Shown piece after piece: positions 26,402 through 39,529 of a stretch of 64,000 nt of DNA (position 1 is its first letter; every line of letters starts with the position of its first letter). The notes beneath the pieces are model-generated. The model saw nothing but the letters and a program-made list of their open reading frames with translations. It searched no databases and was not told the origin of the DNA. This stretch comes from Octopus vulgaris (Eukaryota): NCBI GenBank assembly GCA_951406725.2, contig OX597825.1:43834001-43898000 (forward strand), written 5' to 3'. A program made the translations under genes and the position numbers.

Positions 26402-26540
26402 GACAGGCCTCTTTCAGTTTTCCACCAAATCCACTCACAAGGCATTGGTCGGCCCGGGGCTATAGCAGAAGACACTTGCCCAAGGTGCCACGCAGTGGGA
26501 CTGAACCCGAAACCATGTGGTTGGTTAGCAAGCTACTTAC
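26090..26540 (-). mobile_element. Full-length tRNA-SINE with internal microsatellite
   Basis: Reverse complement of the 32273-32680 family. Confidence 0.85.
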
Positions 26541-26558
26541 CACACAGCCATTCCTGCA

Positions 26559-26618
<60 letters not shown>

Positions 26619-26654
26619 CATACATATATATATACATATATATGTGTGTGTGCG

Positions 26655-27750
26655 TGTGTAATATAACATGAGACAATTATTCGGTTGCCATAAAACTTCG
26701 AGTTTCGAAAGTCGGGGCGGAAATCTGCCCTGGCATCTCGTCAGTTATCAAGACAATCAAGAATGCTATGAAAATGACCGTTGAACAAAGGGAAATTACT
26801 ATGTAAATAACCGCTATTAAGACAAACAAAAGTGCTATAAGAATGACCCTTAAATTAAGGGAAAAACCCCGAAGGGGAGAAAGTAAAACCGTAAAAGAGT
26901 AAAAACGTTCAGAGAATTCGTGTATGCGCGTATGTACATACATACACATACGCGCACGCACACCCACGTACATGTGCCTATATGCATATGCTCGCTCACA
27001 CTCGCGTGTAACGCATACATGCATACCCATACGCATATATGTGCACATATATATATGCAACCATACACATGTACACATATACATATCCGCGCACACGCAC
27101 ATACACACACACGTGCACATGCCCATACGCTCACAATTATATTCATATGCACGTCTAAATGCGCACATGTCATATATATGCATATGCTGACTCACACTCG
27201 CGTGAAACATGCACATACACCCACATACATACCCGCACACACTCACACGTATATATACCCATACGCGTACAAATATGTTTATATACACGTCTAAATACGC
27301 ACATGCACATGAAAAATGTAAGGTGAAAGGTAAAATACAGAAAACATATGTAAAAATATATAAAGCAATAAAAATGTATAAAAATATATGTAAAAATATG
27401 TAAAAAAAATATAAAATATATATAGATAAAATGGTTGTACGTGGACACAATATAAAAAGCAGGTTCTATCTGTGATTTTGTGGGGACCAAAAAAGTAACA
27501 AATATTTAGCAATATGTGGACATTGTCGAAAAAGTTCAGTTTTTGAATTTAAGCTGCTTTTCCAGATGAGCAATTTTTGATTGCCTAAATAACTGGCGAG
27601 ATGCTGGAGACAGATTTCCGCCCCGACATCCGAAACTCGAAGTTTTATTATGGCAACTAAATAATTGTTCATAGTATATTATAGATAAATTCCTCTATTT
27701 ACATAATATCGAGGTTTCATTCATTCTTTTGTTGTCATACCATTACTATT
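26655..27750. mobile_element. Fold-back Penelope-like non-coding element
   Basis: Inverted arms ~26655-26767 / 27570-27683, each with a hammerhead-like core, enclosing low-complexity CA-rich DNA. Confidence 0.7.
26690..26748 (-). ncRNA. Hammerhead ribozyme-like motif
   Basis: ataa-CTGACGA-ga..gggc-agatttcc-gccc..tc-GAAA-CTCGAAG-TT-ttat; degenerate twin (CTGGCGA) at 27589-27649 (+). Confidence 0.65.
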
Positions 27751-27777
27751 AATATATATATATATATATATATATAT

Positions 27778-27935
27778 GACGGGCTTCTTTTCAGTTTCCG
27801 TCTACCAAATCCACTCGCAAGGATTTGGTCGGCTATAGTAGAAGACACTTGCCCAAGATTCCACGAAGTGGAACTGAACCTGAAACCATGTGATTGGGAA
27901 GCTAGCTTCTTACCACACAGCCACGCTGCACCTAT
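27778..27935 (-). mobile_element. tRNA-SINE 5' half
   Basis: Homology to 32273-32435. Confidence 0.8.
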
Positions 27936-27948
27936 AATATATATACAT

Positions 27949-28372
27949 ATGAATTAAAGATAGGGAAAAACAAAACCAAGGCAGAACAAGCTTATCAGAT
28001 CATTTAAATTATTTTAATTATTATAATGGTTAATCGAAGTAAGCAAAAGTAAATAATAATGTCTTACAGCTGTTTCTTGTAATGGTCAGTGTGTTGATCC
28101 AGATTTCTGATGACAGAATACCCAATATATGAAAATGTAGAGCAGCACAGGTAATAGATCAATGTGTTGATCCACATTTCCGATGACGGAATACCCAGTA
28201 TACGGAAACGTGGATCAACATATTGATCCATTACTTGGGATATCCCAGAAACAGCTGTAAGACATTATTTACTTTTGCTTACCACGATTAACATTTATAA
28301 TAATTAGAATAATTTAAATGATCTGTTATACTTGTCCTGACTTGGTTTTGTTTTCCTCTTCTTTTAATTTAT
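27949..28372. repeat. Fold-back with hammerhead-like motif at 28177-28262
   Basis: Arms 27949-28077 / 28247-28372; CCGATGA-c-ggaataccca...tgggatatcc-ca-GAAA-CAGCTG-TA; duplicate core CTGATGA at 28107. Confidence 0.7.
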
Positions 28373-28615
28373 ACCCGGTGACTCGGAAATAGGCTACGGA
28401 TCCCCAACTTGGATCCTAGTAGCTTACCAATTGCAGCACTCACTCAGCGTACCTATTAGTTTAGATCATCAGTGGTCTATGTCCTTCCTATGTGTGTCTG
28501 TGTGTGTCTGTGTGTGTATGTGTGTCTGTGTGTTTGCACGTGTTTCTGTATGTGTGTGTATGTGCGTGTGCGTGTACATGTATAGATAGATAAATCAATC
28601 GATCGATAGATAGAC

Positions 28616-28658
<43 letters not shown>

Positions 28659-28664
28659 GAGTCG

Positions 28665-28890
28665 AGGCGCGTGGCTTTGTGGTTAGAGTGTAGCACTCAT
28701 AACCATAAGAATGTAGTTTCGATTACCGGACCGGGCGATGCGTTGTATTTTTGAGCAAAACACTTCACTTTTCAAGTCCAATCAGCCGGTAAAAATGAAA
28801 ATCCTGCGTTCGATCGAGTTCTGTCCATGTAGAGGGAGGGAGAGATTATATAGGTTACAGAATCCAGGAAAACTGCCTTGTGAGTTTATG
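28665..28890 (+). mobile_element. tRNA-derived SINE (V-like), degenerate
   Basis: ggcgcgtggctttgtggttagagtg..gtttcgattaccggaccggg; related to 19830-20050. Confidence 0.65.
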
Positions 28891-29296
28891 GCTCGGAAGG
28901 ACATTTGATTCATCTTGATATATAAATGTGTGATCTTGTGTGTATAAACGCGTTTGTGTGTGTTATATATGCACGTATGCATACATACATATTCAAACAT
29001 TCACATGTAAAGAGGCATTCATTTACTTTGACATATGGCGTAGGTTTCATACTTTCTTCCTAAAACCTGTTATTTCATGAAAGAGTTACCTCGAAAGTAG
29101 AATAGGGTTGATTAATTACTTTGCTAATTAACTTTTGAGAATAAATTGTCACAAATATGTTATTTGTCTTGCGGTCAAGGAATTTTATACATAAATGTAA
29201 ACACACGTAAACGTAGTATGTATATACCCATTTCGCTACATGATTACACATAATTACATAACTACATACATATACTCATATATGTATATTTGTGTG

Positions 29297-29356
<60 letters not shown>

Positions 29357-29456
29357 TAAAAACGGTAAGATAACAAAAGAAAGAAAGAGACCTCAATATC
29401 ATGTAAAAAGAGGAAAATTATCTATAAAATAATATGTTACAATTACTCAATAGTCA

Positions 29457-29519
29457 AGATAAAACTCTGAGTTTCAGATGCCGAAGTGGAAATCCACAAC
29501 ACCATCTCTTCGGTTATCT
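29457..29519 (-). ncRNA. Hammerhead ribozyme-like motif within repeat related to 26655/27570
   Basis: agataa-CCGAAGA-gatg..gtgg-attt-ccac..catc-t-GAAA-CTCAGAG-TT-ttatct; 6-bp stem I; U4C core variant. Confidence 0.6.
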
Positions 29520-30669
29520 GGCCATCTGAAAAACGCTATGAAAAATACCGTTATATAAAGGGAAATTACTGTGTTAAAATTCTGCTACTTATATAAAATA
29601 AGATTAAAAGTTCATAGTAAACACGTAAACATGGCTAGTCATACGCTCACATGTGCGCTCGCGGACCCACGTGCGTACTTATACGTCACTATGAAAACGT
29701 ACACATCTTCACTCGCATTTTTCGCCAAATATATACGCATATATATACAAACTCATACACACACACACGCGTACCGTAAAAGTTCATACATACGTCTATA
29801 TACACACAAGCACAAGAAAAACCATGGTTAAAGGTAACAGAAAAAAACATAAGGAAGTATACAAAGCATAAAAACCACGTTCATATACGGACATGCCCTT
29901 ATGCACTCATACACACACACGCCCATATATGTACATACTCGCACATGTTTATATACGCATACACACACGCGCATATACAAAAAATGAATATACATATGCC
30001 CCCCCCCCTAAAAACCCCTAAAAAATGGAAAAATACTAAGTAAAAACGTCTATATATATATATGCATTCTTATGCCCGCACACACGCACACATCTAAAAC
30101 TGCCCACTCATACATATTCACTTATATATATATAGCATTTATGCATGCATATATTCGTGCATATATGGTGCGGGTGTACGTTTCTGTGCGTATGCAAGTG
30201 TACAACCTACATATATACACATACAGTTTCTCACGTTTGTATGTATGTATATGTTTATACGTGAGCGTGCGCACATGCATGTGTGTGTGTATAACTTAAA
30301 CAAATATTAGCTAAGAGAAATATCTCTGAGGACCAGTGACATGTTTGAGCAACATAGACAGATACAATTATCTAAAACACTATATAACATATTTTTGTTT
30401 TATTAAAATCATTTCCGCCTCTAGAAGATGTATCATAATTACCGAATGACAGCTAAAACTAGCTACACTTCAGAAGGGAAGATAATCTCAAGAATCAAGA
30501 ATTGTCCAAAGTTAAGAGAAAAAAAGACAGGATTATTATCTGGAGATAAGAGAACAAACGTGGAGACGTTTTTCTGGCTCAATAACTGTCATAAGCATGA
30601 CAGTTCTCAGACTTTATCTCCAGTGACCAAATGACTTCCACTTATACAAAAAGAGAGTAGAAAACATTT

Positions 30670-30691
30670 ATATATAAATGTATATACGCAC

Positions 30692-30742
<51 letters not shown>

Positions 30743-30749
30743 ACATACA

Positions 30750-30780
<31 letters not shown>

Positions 30781-30811
30781 ATATATATATATGTATATGT
30801 ATATATATGTT

Positions 30812-30843
<32 letters not shown>

Positions 30844-30949
30844 CATATATATACATATACATATATATATATGCATATATATATACATATATATATATAC
30901 ACATATATATACATATACATATATATATATGCATATATATATACATATA

Positions 30950-31012
<63 letters not shown>
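30670..31012. repeat. Degenerate (TA)n microsatellite field
   Basis: Direct reading. Confidence 0.95.
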
Positions 31013-31016
<4 letters not shown>

Positions 31017-31381
31017 CTAAATCTCTCAGAGAGATTTGTGCAGTAGTGATACGATAAAGTAGTTGTATGCTGTCAACTTAATGTGACAGTCCCATGAAGG
31101 GAATAATACTACTGCTATTTAACCCCAAGAAGCAGCATCGCTTCCTGTCAGTTTGACACATTTCCTGTGTCCTTATGTTTACAAGGGGAAAATAATCATC
31201 TCCACCCAGCTAAGCCAGCATGCAGGAACTAGTTTCATAGTCATTGCTCGTCTTCAGTCTGGAGTAGCATGGCTTGCTAGTTGGAGATACCTATCTAGAC
31301 CTTGTAAACATATAATTATTCTAGTGAAATACATTCACTAATTCACTGATAAGCATCTCCAACTAGCTAACTATGCTACTC

Positions 31382-31420
31382 CAGATTGAAGACGTGCAAT
31401 GACTCAGAAACTAGTCTCTG
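31382..31420 (+). ncRNA. Minimal hammerhead ribozyme
   Basis: caga-TTGAAGA-c-gtg-caatga-ctc-a-GAAA-CTAG-TC-tctg; three-copy consensus caga CTGAAGA c gag caatga ctc a GAAA CTAG T(T/C). Confidence 0.7.
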
Positions 31421-31716
31421 CATGCTAGCCTAGCTGGGTGGAAGTGCTTATTTCCCCCTTGTAAATATAACGACACAGGAAATGTGTCAAGGCTGACAGG
31501 AAGCGGTACTGCTTCCTAGGGTTAAATAGCAGTACTATTATTCCCTTCATGGGACTGTCACATTAAGTTGACAGCATACAACTGCTTTATCGTATCACTA
31601 CTGCATAAATCCCTCTGAGAGATTTAGAAATGTATTATTTCTATTTTTGAAATCAGTGAATGTATTTCACTAGAATTATTATATGTTTACAAGGGCTGGA
31701 TAGTCATCTCCAACTA

Positions 31717-31926
31717 CGCATTACGCCGGGCGAAATGCGTAGCCGTATTTCGTCTGTTGTTACGTTCCGAGTTCAAATTCCGCCGAGGTCGACTTTGCCT
31801 TTCATCCTTTCGGGGTCGATAAATTAAGTACCAGTTGCGTACTGGGGTCGATGTAATCGACTTAATCCCTTTGTCTGTCCTTGTTTGTCCCCTCTGTGTT
31901 TAGCCCCTTGTGAGTAGTTAAGAAAT
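31717..31926 (+). mobile_element. 5'-truncated Meta-like SINE inserted in the ribozyme repeat
   Basis: gttcaaattccgccgaggtcgactttgcctttcatcctttcggggtcgataaattaagtacc; TSD caacta 31711-31716 / 31927-31932. Confidence 0.85.
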
Positions 31927-32272
31927 CAACTAGCAAGTCATGCTACTCCAGACTAAAGACGAGCAATGACTCAGAAACTAGTTGCTGGCTTAGCTGGGTG
32001 GAGGTGCTTATCTCTTGTAAACATAAGGACACAGGAAATGTGTCAAGGCTGACATGAAGCGGTGCTGCTTCCTAGGGCTAAATAGTAGTAGTATTATTCC
32101 CTTCGTGGGACTGTCACATTAAGTTGACAGCATACAACTACTTTATATATATATATATGTGTATGTGTGTGTGTGTGTGTTCGATTAGAGGTTGCGTTTA
32201 CCTAAAGAAGGGATGATTTTATCCAAGGAAATTCTGGTTCAATACCTAGTATTTGAGGGGAATTGATATATA

Positions 32273-32680
32273 GGCGCAGGAGTGGCTGTGTGGTAAGTAG
32301 CTTGCTAACCAACCACATGGTTCTGAATTCAGTCCCACTGCGTGGCATCTTGGGCAAGTGTCTTCTGCTATAGCCCCGGGCCGACCAATGCCTTGAGAGT
32401 GGATTTGGTAGACGGAAACTGAAAGAAGCCCGTCGTATATATGTATATATATATATATGTATATATGTTTGCGTGTGTGTCTGTGTTTGTTCCCCTAGCA
32501 TTGCTTGATAACCGATGCTGGTGTGTTTACGTCCCCGTCACTTAGCGGTTCGGCAAAAAGAGACCGATAGAATAAGTACTGGGCTTACAAAAAGAATAAG
32601 TCCCGGGGTCGAGTTGATCGACTAAAAGGCGGTGCTCCAGCATGGCCGCAGTCAAATGACTGAAACAAGTAAAGGAGAAA
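32273..32680 (+). mobile_element. Full-length abundant tRNA-SINE
   Basis: Head ggcgcaggagtggctgtgtggtaag..ttcagtccc, ttgggcaagtgtctt, internal TA/TG microsatellite, tail gcagtcaaatgactgaaacaagtaaa; more than 10 copies or fragments in window. Confidence 0.88.
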
Positions 32681-33000
32681 GGAGATATATATAATGTTTA
32701 TATGACCTGAGTATATCTTCAGGGGCGAAAAAGAATACCCTTGGATGTTTTATATGTGCTCATGGATTCATTATAGCAGACTGAATTATACGGTTTATGA
32801 TTTGTATTGTTATATGTTGGGGGCGAGGGGTTTACAGGTTGATTGGAGATAAGACGGAGTCGGTAAATAGAGTTAGAACAATAAATTAGATAGAGATGAT
32901 AGAGGAAATATGTTGGCCCGAACATATAACAATACAAATCATAAGCTGTATCATACAGTCTGCTACAATAAACACATATAAAATATCGAAGGATATATTT

Positions 33001-33085
33001 TTTCCCTCTGAAGATATTAATACTCAGGTCATATAAACATAAATTTAATATTTACTGACCATTAATTGAAACAGCTGTCGGTGAA
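33001..33085 (+). ncRNA. Hammerhead ribozyme-like motif in fold-back 32690-33045
   Basis: CTGAAGA-t-attaat...attaat-t-GAAA-CAGCTG-TC-ggtgaa; palindromic stem III; stem I eroded. Confidence 0.55.
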
Positions 33086-33169
33086 GATGATTAATTTGCC
33101 GTTAATAATAAACAACTATTAACTTCCCAATATCCGTTTTCTTTTTCTTCTTTTATATGTGTATATATA

Positions 33170-34392
33170 TTGGGTTGGCAACTAAGTTCCCGCCGTTTTT
33201 TCTTAATTTAAAATTTTTTAAAGTTTAATAAAGAAATAACGACTAATTAATCAATAATGTATTCACCCTTGTTGTTTACAACTTCTTCCCAACGTTCAAC
33301 AAGATTTTCAATACCTCGTTGATAGAAATCATCCGATTTCGACTCGAAAAATTGATTCAACCAAGCTCTCAATTCTGCATCAGTATTGAACGAAACTCTG
33401 CGCATAGCATTTGAAAGAGATCGAAAGAGGTGGAAATCCGTTGATGCCAAATCAGGAGGGTACAGCGGATGTGGCAGCACTTCCCAGCTATGCGTTTGAA
33501 TGGCTTCCTTGGTTACATTGGCGATATGAGGGCGGGCGTTGTTGTGCATCAGAAGAACTCCATGCTGCCGATTAGGTCTTTTCTCTTGAATAGCCGTGTT
33601 GGGTCGTTCCATCTGTTGAACATAGAGTTCCGCGTTGACCATTTGGTTCCGTTCAAGCAATTCGTAATGGATAATCCCTTCCCAGTCCCACCATACGCAC
33701 AACATCATTTTACGCGGATGAAGATCTTGTTTCACGCGCGTTGTCGCTTGTTTACCGGGGTTAAGTCATTCCTTACGCTGCTTCATATTGATGTACAGGC
33801 ACCATTTTTCGTCAACGATTCGGTAAAGAAATCGTTGAGTGGTGACTAGCAAGCAAACTAACGGAGATTGTGGCTTGTTGATTTTTGTTGTTGTCACTTA
33901 AAGCATGTGGAACCCATGCCCCATACTTCTGAACCTTTCCCCACGAGTGAAGATGCTTCTCTTTAGCAATGTGGGAGCATTCCATTTTCTCTGCCAGTTC
34001 CCATGTCGTTTGACGAGAATTTTCGTGCAAAAGTTGGTTTAATCGATCTTCATCGAACTCAACTGGACGGCCAGAACGAGGTGCGTCTTTGAGGTCAAAA
34101 TTTCCATTTTTGAACTTGGCATACCAATCATGAGCGGCTCTTTCAACTATGGCACCCTCTCCATGCACAGCACAAATGTCGTGAGCAGCTTTTGCGGCCT
34201 TAGAACCTTGTTTAAAAGCGAAAAGGAGGTGTCGAAAATGCTCGTTTTTTTTAAACTTGACATTCCATTTTAATGATCTGAAAATAAACAAAAATTAACT
34301 AAAATTAACTAGAAAAAAATAGATTCCAAAATTTAAAAACGCAATAAATTCCAAAATTAAAAAAAAAAAGCAAGAACTTAGTTGCCAACCCA

Positions 34393-34393
<1 letters not shown>
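33170..34393 (-). mobile_element. mariner (DD34D) transposon with frameshifted transposase
   Basis: TA-flanked TIRs TTGGGTTGGCAACTAAGTTC; PRSGRP, WVPHAL, MLCVWWD, HNNARPH, HPLYPPDLASTDFHLF motifs in ORFs 33812-34291 and 33247-33735. Confidence 0.95.
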
Positions 34394-34467
<74 letters not shown>

Positions 34468-34599
34468 CGAGTGTGTATGTATATGTGTACGTACTTGTAT
34501 GTATGTATGAATGCATATATATATGTATATATTATATATGTGTGTGTGTATGTATACGTGTGTGTGTTTGTGTGCGTGTGTGTGTGTTTATATCTCCAG

Positions 34600-35045
34600 T
34601 GCGATACATTATTTGCATGATGTGGAGAATATACCACCTGCATTGCCCAAACAACATCAGCATTAGCTTCAAAATCCATCCAAGGCTAGGACCACGGGCC
34701 ATGTGACCCCCTACCCAATTCCGGATCACAGCACACAAATACATTGCAACAGAATTTCTTTACCTCAACAGGTCTTGCCTATTTGACATGGTTCCGAAAC
34801 AAGTCAAAGAGTAAAAGAATCCCATCACCTTTAAACGTTATCCAGACAAATTTCTTCAAAGAATGCCAGATTAGCCATCTATACCTGGATACAACTCACT
34901 CAACAAGAACTCCCTACTCGAATGAAACATGATACCACAAAACTTGACTTGAAAAGGATTTAGCTAATCCTATCGGGTGATGCTATTAAGTGAGACATGG
35001 CCTAGACTCATCCTTGGTCGAAACATATCTAAGTTAGCTAAGTTA
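34600..35045 (+). mobile_element. CR1/L2-group LINE 3' end
   Basis: RYIICMMWRI..FKIHPRLGPRA, NFFTSTG, FKRYPDKFLQRMPD*PSIPGYNSLNKNSLLE. Confidence 0.65.
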
Positions 35046-35083
35046 TAAATATAAATGTATATATAGAGAGATACATTTATACT

Positions 35084-35139
<56 letters not shown>

Positions 35140-35460
35140 TATATATATAGTTACACACATATACACGAGCGAGTAAAGAAACGAAATAAAGTAGCACTCA
35201 ACACAGTTGGAGTTACATTTATTCTATAGCAGTTTGAATCATCTCCGCATGAGTTTCGTGGGCGCATATATGTCCTTGTGTGTGTGTGTGCGCGCGCGTA
35301 CGTTAATGTATGTACGCATTTGATATTTTACTTACTTAGCTATTCGACGGCAGCCATGCTGGAGCACCATCTTGAAGAAGTTTGGTCGAAAGAATTGAAC
35401 CCATTACTTATATAAATATAATATATAATAAATATATGTATATATATATATATATGTATG

Positions 35461-35536
<76 letters not shown>

Positions 35537-35900
35537 CCCTTCCTATACCCTTCATCAGTTATCGGCTGTCTATCTTATTTCGAGCATTCAACGACAATAT
35601 GAGTCTTCAAAGACCGTTGCTCCCATAAATTCTGAAATAAAATTTAGGATTTATGGATTGTCAAATTTGAGCACAAAAACAGGACAGTGGGAACATACAA
35701 GGAAACCGAACAAAAACAAACATGGAGGGTCGTTAAACCAGAACGAGAGAAAAATAGTGAATGCTAGGAGAAATATTTTCTTTAAAAAGAGAAAAGATAG
35801 GAGAAAGAGAAAATAAAACTTCCAGTCCTTTGAACGTCCGTGCAGGAAAAGAAAGATAGACACGTGAGGAAAGGAAAGATGGAACGCTTGTCACGTTTTA

Positions 35901-35934
<34 letters not shown>

Positions 35935-35957
35935 CATATATATAATATATAATATAT

Positions 35958-36590
35958 ATCACCGTGACCGACCAGGCTATCAGATGCAGCTACACATCGC
36001 TAATCACAATGCGCTTCGCATTGTTTTAGCCTTCAAGTGATGCCGTACCAGGCAGTGGCTCTCATGGCTTCTGATCTTAACTGATTGTAAGTGTTATCAT
36101 TGTTTTGTCTTGGTATAAAAGATGGGCTACAGCAAATATTCTGTTCAATACCACAGATTTGCTTGTCAGTTGTTTGACCGTAACCAGTTGACTATGTCCC
36201 ATAGTTTCTGACGATATGTGCATCTCTGATCACGAGCAGAAGTAGTGAGGGAGCATCATAGCCATGTGTTGAAAGGACTTCTTGGAGGTTTGGATAATTC
36301 ACCTTTAGAAACATGGGTGGTTCGTTCAACATCCTTAAACAATCCTTATTCAGGAACCTTTTGATCGGGACGGGCTACTCGACCAGAAGAAAGTTCTAAC
36401 TGGGCCCCACCTACAAGGTCATGCGCTGTTTATCTTGATATGAGATCATCATGTCGTGCACATATGGTTGTGATGCATGTGCCTGGTGTACCCTTATCAG
36501 ACGGGTAGTCATAATGGGTATACTGGGCTTCGTATATTTTACCCGTGTCACTTTGATGGCATGTAGTGCTCTCTCTCTCTCACTTAATGA
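35958..36590. repeat. Interspersed repeat of uncertain class (partial relative at 62990-63052, opposite strand)
   Basis: Shared gtaccaggcagtggc..tggcttctgatcttaactgattg.aagtgtt; followed by (AAT)n. Confidence 0.55.
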
Positions 36591-36639
36591 TTATAGTAAT
36601 AATAATAATAATAATAATAACAACAACAACAACAACAAC

Positions 36640-36710
<71 letters not shown>

Positions 36711-36761
36711 TAACATCGAAAAATACCTTAGGAATGAGAACCCAGGTTCGAAATTTCCCAA

Positions 36762-36807
36762 GACACCTGATGAAGGCTGGTGGGTATATCAGCCGAAACG
36801 TTGTTTT
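36762..36807 (+). ncRNA. Minimal hammerhead-like motif
   Basis: gacac-CTGATGA-a-ggctg-(10)-cagcc-GAAA-CG-TT-gtttt; loopless palindromic stem III AACGTT. Confidence 0.6.
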
Positions 36808-36854
36808 AACAACAAACAAGATGAGAACATATATCCGTCAAATGTAAATAAAGT

Positions 36855-37376
36855 ACAGGAAATGTTTAATCGCAGTCCGCAAAAATCAACACACCAAGCA
36901 GCTCGTGAAAGTGATACGTACAGTGTTCCGTAAAGAATTGAATGTTCGTCCGTGAAAATTCCATTACGCGCAGGAGCTAAAACCTGAAGACTGTTACTGC
37001 AGAAGCTCAGAAGTCAAGAACTCCAAGAAGTTCAGATCTCACTCTATGTGATTTTTACATGTGAGGGTTACACGAAAGAGGTGTAGAAGACAAAACTTCG
37101 AACGCTGTAGGACTTAGAGACAAGGATTCAGAAAGTCCTCAGTGATATCCTAGACGACGTCCTTCAAAAGGTTGTTTATTATATCTCTGGCCGTTTGAGG
37201 AAACTTGTTGACGTCACCGGGCTTACTTTGAAATATGAAGATTTACTTTCATTTTCCCATGTAATAAAGAACATGTATCATTTGTTTCAATATAAGGAAT
37301 ATGTATAAGGAATATGTATAAGGAATATGAATTTTATTATCAATTTTTAATGCCTACTTACTTTTCACCCACCCTG
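36855..37376 (+). mobile_element. Tc1/mariner-superfamily (rosa-like) deleted fragment
   Basis: FNRSPQKSTHQAARE, HYAQELKPED, SSDLTLCDF; ends CACCCTG|TA. Confidence 0.65.
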
Positions 37377-38074
37377 TATGTGTGTGTGTGTGTGTGCGCG
37401 TGGATGTGTGTAATACGCATTCTATAATATCATGTTACATCCAATTCGAATGTCTCTGACGTGTTTCCATCTTCACATTACAATACATGCTGCAGCAACG
37501 CCAGCACCACCTCCAACCCTGTTTTTACCCATGGCCCTCTCTCTCTGGGTGTACGTGTTTTAATGTTAGCAAATGTTTATTTGTGTTTGTTTTAGTTTTT
37601 GCTTATTCGGTCGTTTCTCTCCCTTCGTTCTATTAATACTGCTAATAGTTAGCTAATACTGCCCCTCCACCAACACCACCACCAGCCTTCACTGCTTATG
37701 TCATCAACTCCCTCTCGCCCCTAAACAATATGAAAAATTGCAATATGAATTATACTCCTTTTTTCGTTCACCTACTGCTTGCCATCATCATTGTCATCAT
37801 CATCATCACGTCACACGCTCATACGTAAAGATAGATAAGAACAAAAAATACAAGAAAGTAACAAACAACGGGAATAAGGAAAAGGTGTGAATTTTCTCAG
37901 AGAAATGTTTCCTCTTTTACTAATATGCACACACATAAATACACATTCAGACGCACGCTCATACACTCACAAACATGCACACGCGCACATACACATAGAT
38001 ACCACTCAGGCTCCTGCGCGTGTACATATAACATATACACCTATATGCGCGTACTTATAAGTATAAGTATATAT

Positions 38075-38446
38075 TTTTTTCTTTCATTTCTTTCAGTCAT
38101 TTGACGGCGGCCGTGCTGGGGCACCGTCTTTAGTCGAATAAATCGAACCCAGGACTTATTCTTTGTAAACCTAGTACTTATTCTATCGGTCACTTTTGCT
38201 GAACCACTAAGTAATAGGGACTTAAACACACAAACATCAGTTGTCATACGAGGGGGAGGGGGACAAACACAGACACTCGCACACACAGATATATATATAT
38301 ATGACGGGTTTCTTCCAGTTTCCGTCTACTAAATCCACTCGGGTTGGTCCGAGTCTATAGTAGAAGACACTTGCCCAAGCTGCCACGCAAGGGGACTGAA
38401 CCCGGAACCATGTGGTTGGGAAGCAAGCTTGTTACCACACAGCCAC
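38075..38446 (-). mobile_element. tRNA-SINE
   Basis: Homology to 32273-32680. Confidence 0.82.
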
Positions 38447-38695
38447 GTTTGATGTGTGTGTGTGTGTGTATGATTAATGGGCGAGATAGAAGATGGAAGA
38501 TACGAGAGTGTTTATTGATCACTACAATTGTTTCGACTAATCTAGCATCGATCCTTCACGGAGTACATGTGTCTCTTCAGCTCTTCAGCTGATTACAAGA
38601 TGAACGGACGGACGGACGGGCGGACGGACAGACAGACAGACAGGCAGATTGATAGATAGATAGATAAATAGATAGGTAGATAGATAGATCGGTAT

Positions 38696-38763
<68 letters not shown>

Positions 38764-39375
38764 GTAGGTAGATAGATAGATATACTCCTCTTAGTAAGTG
38801 TGTGTGTGTTCTGAGTGTGCGCTCCGTAGAATGTGCTGCGGGTTGTAAGTGAAATATGATAGAACATTTCTAGACTAGGTCAAGGTCGTGCTACTGAATA
38901 CTTTAGAGGCTTCATCGCAAGGAGAAAAATCTTCATTGTATATAATTTTAATATTTATAACTTTAACTGCTTTTTTTCTTTCTAAGTTTTCTACATTTGT
39001 ACTGTTTTTACTGTTCCCTTTCCATTTTAGATCTCCATTATTTCTACTTTCAGTCTGTCGGTTAATACCAATCTAATGATATTGATGATGGACCCAGGAT
39101 GGTAACAATTAAAAAGAGCGTTTGTAGAATGTTAAATAAAATCAATTGCCGTTAGATTACGATATTTAAAGTTTCTTTCCTTTCAGCTGCAAGCAGACAA
39201 ATAGCAGACCTTTCAGTTATACTTATTTCTATAATATTTAAAGAAATTTTTTTCTCTAATAGAGTAGTATCCTTCAAAAATCATACAATTATTGAAAAGC
39301 ACTAATTTGGTTGGTGATAAGCGGAAATTATTAAATAAATACATATTTATATGTAATAGTACTTAGAAGATAATG

Positions 39376-39529
39376 CAGGGGTGGATCCAAGGGGTGCTGA
39401 GGGGCACGTGCCCCTCTCAAGAAAAGAAGTGCGCCTTTCTAAATAATGCTATTATGCCCTTTTATCCTGGAACTGTATTCCTTTCTGACTTTGTGCCCTT
39501 CCTTCGAAAAGTTCCTGGGACCGCGCTTG
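39376..39529. mobile_element. Possible MITE
   Basis: Imperfect GC-rich termini caggggtggatccaagg / cctgggaccgcgcttg. Confidence 0.4.

Larger units (their letters stand above)
31013..32146. mobile_element. One inverted plus ~1.6 tandem copies of a ~350-bp hammerhead-containing unit (pLTR/retrozyme-like)
   Basis: 31013-31343 (-), 31353-31716 (+), 31927-32146 (+); (TA)n on both sides; hammerheads at 31223-31261 (-), 31382-31420 (+), 31949-31986 (+). Confidence 0.8.

Noticed and set aside
32273-32345. tRNA gene
   Set aside because: tRNA-like SINE head without a convincing cloverleaf; continuous with SINE body
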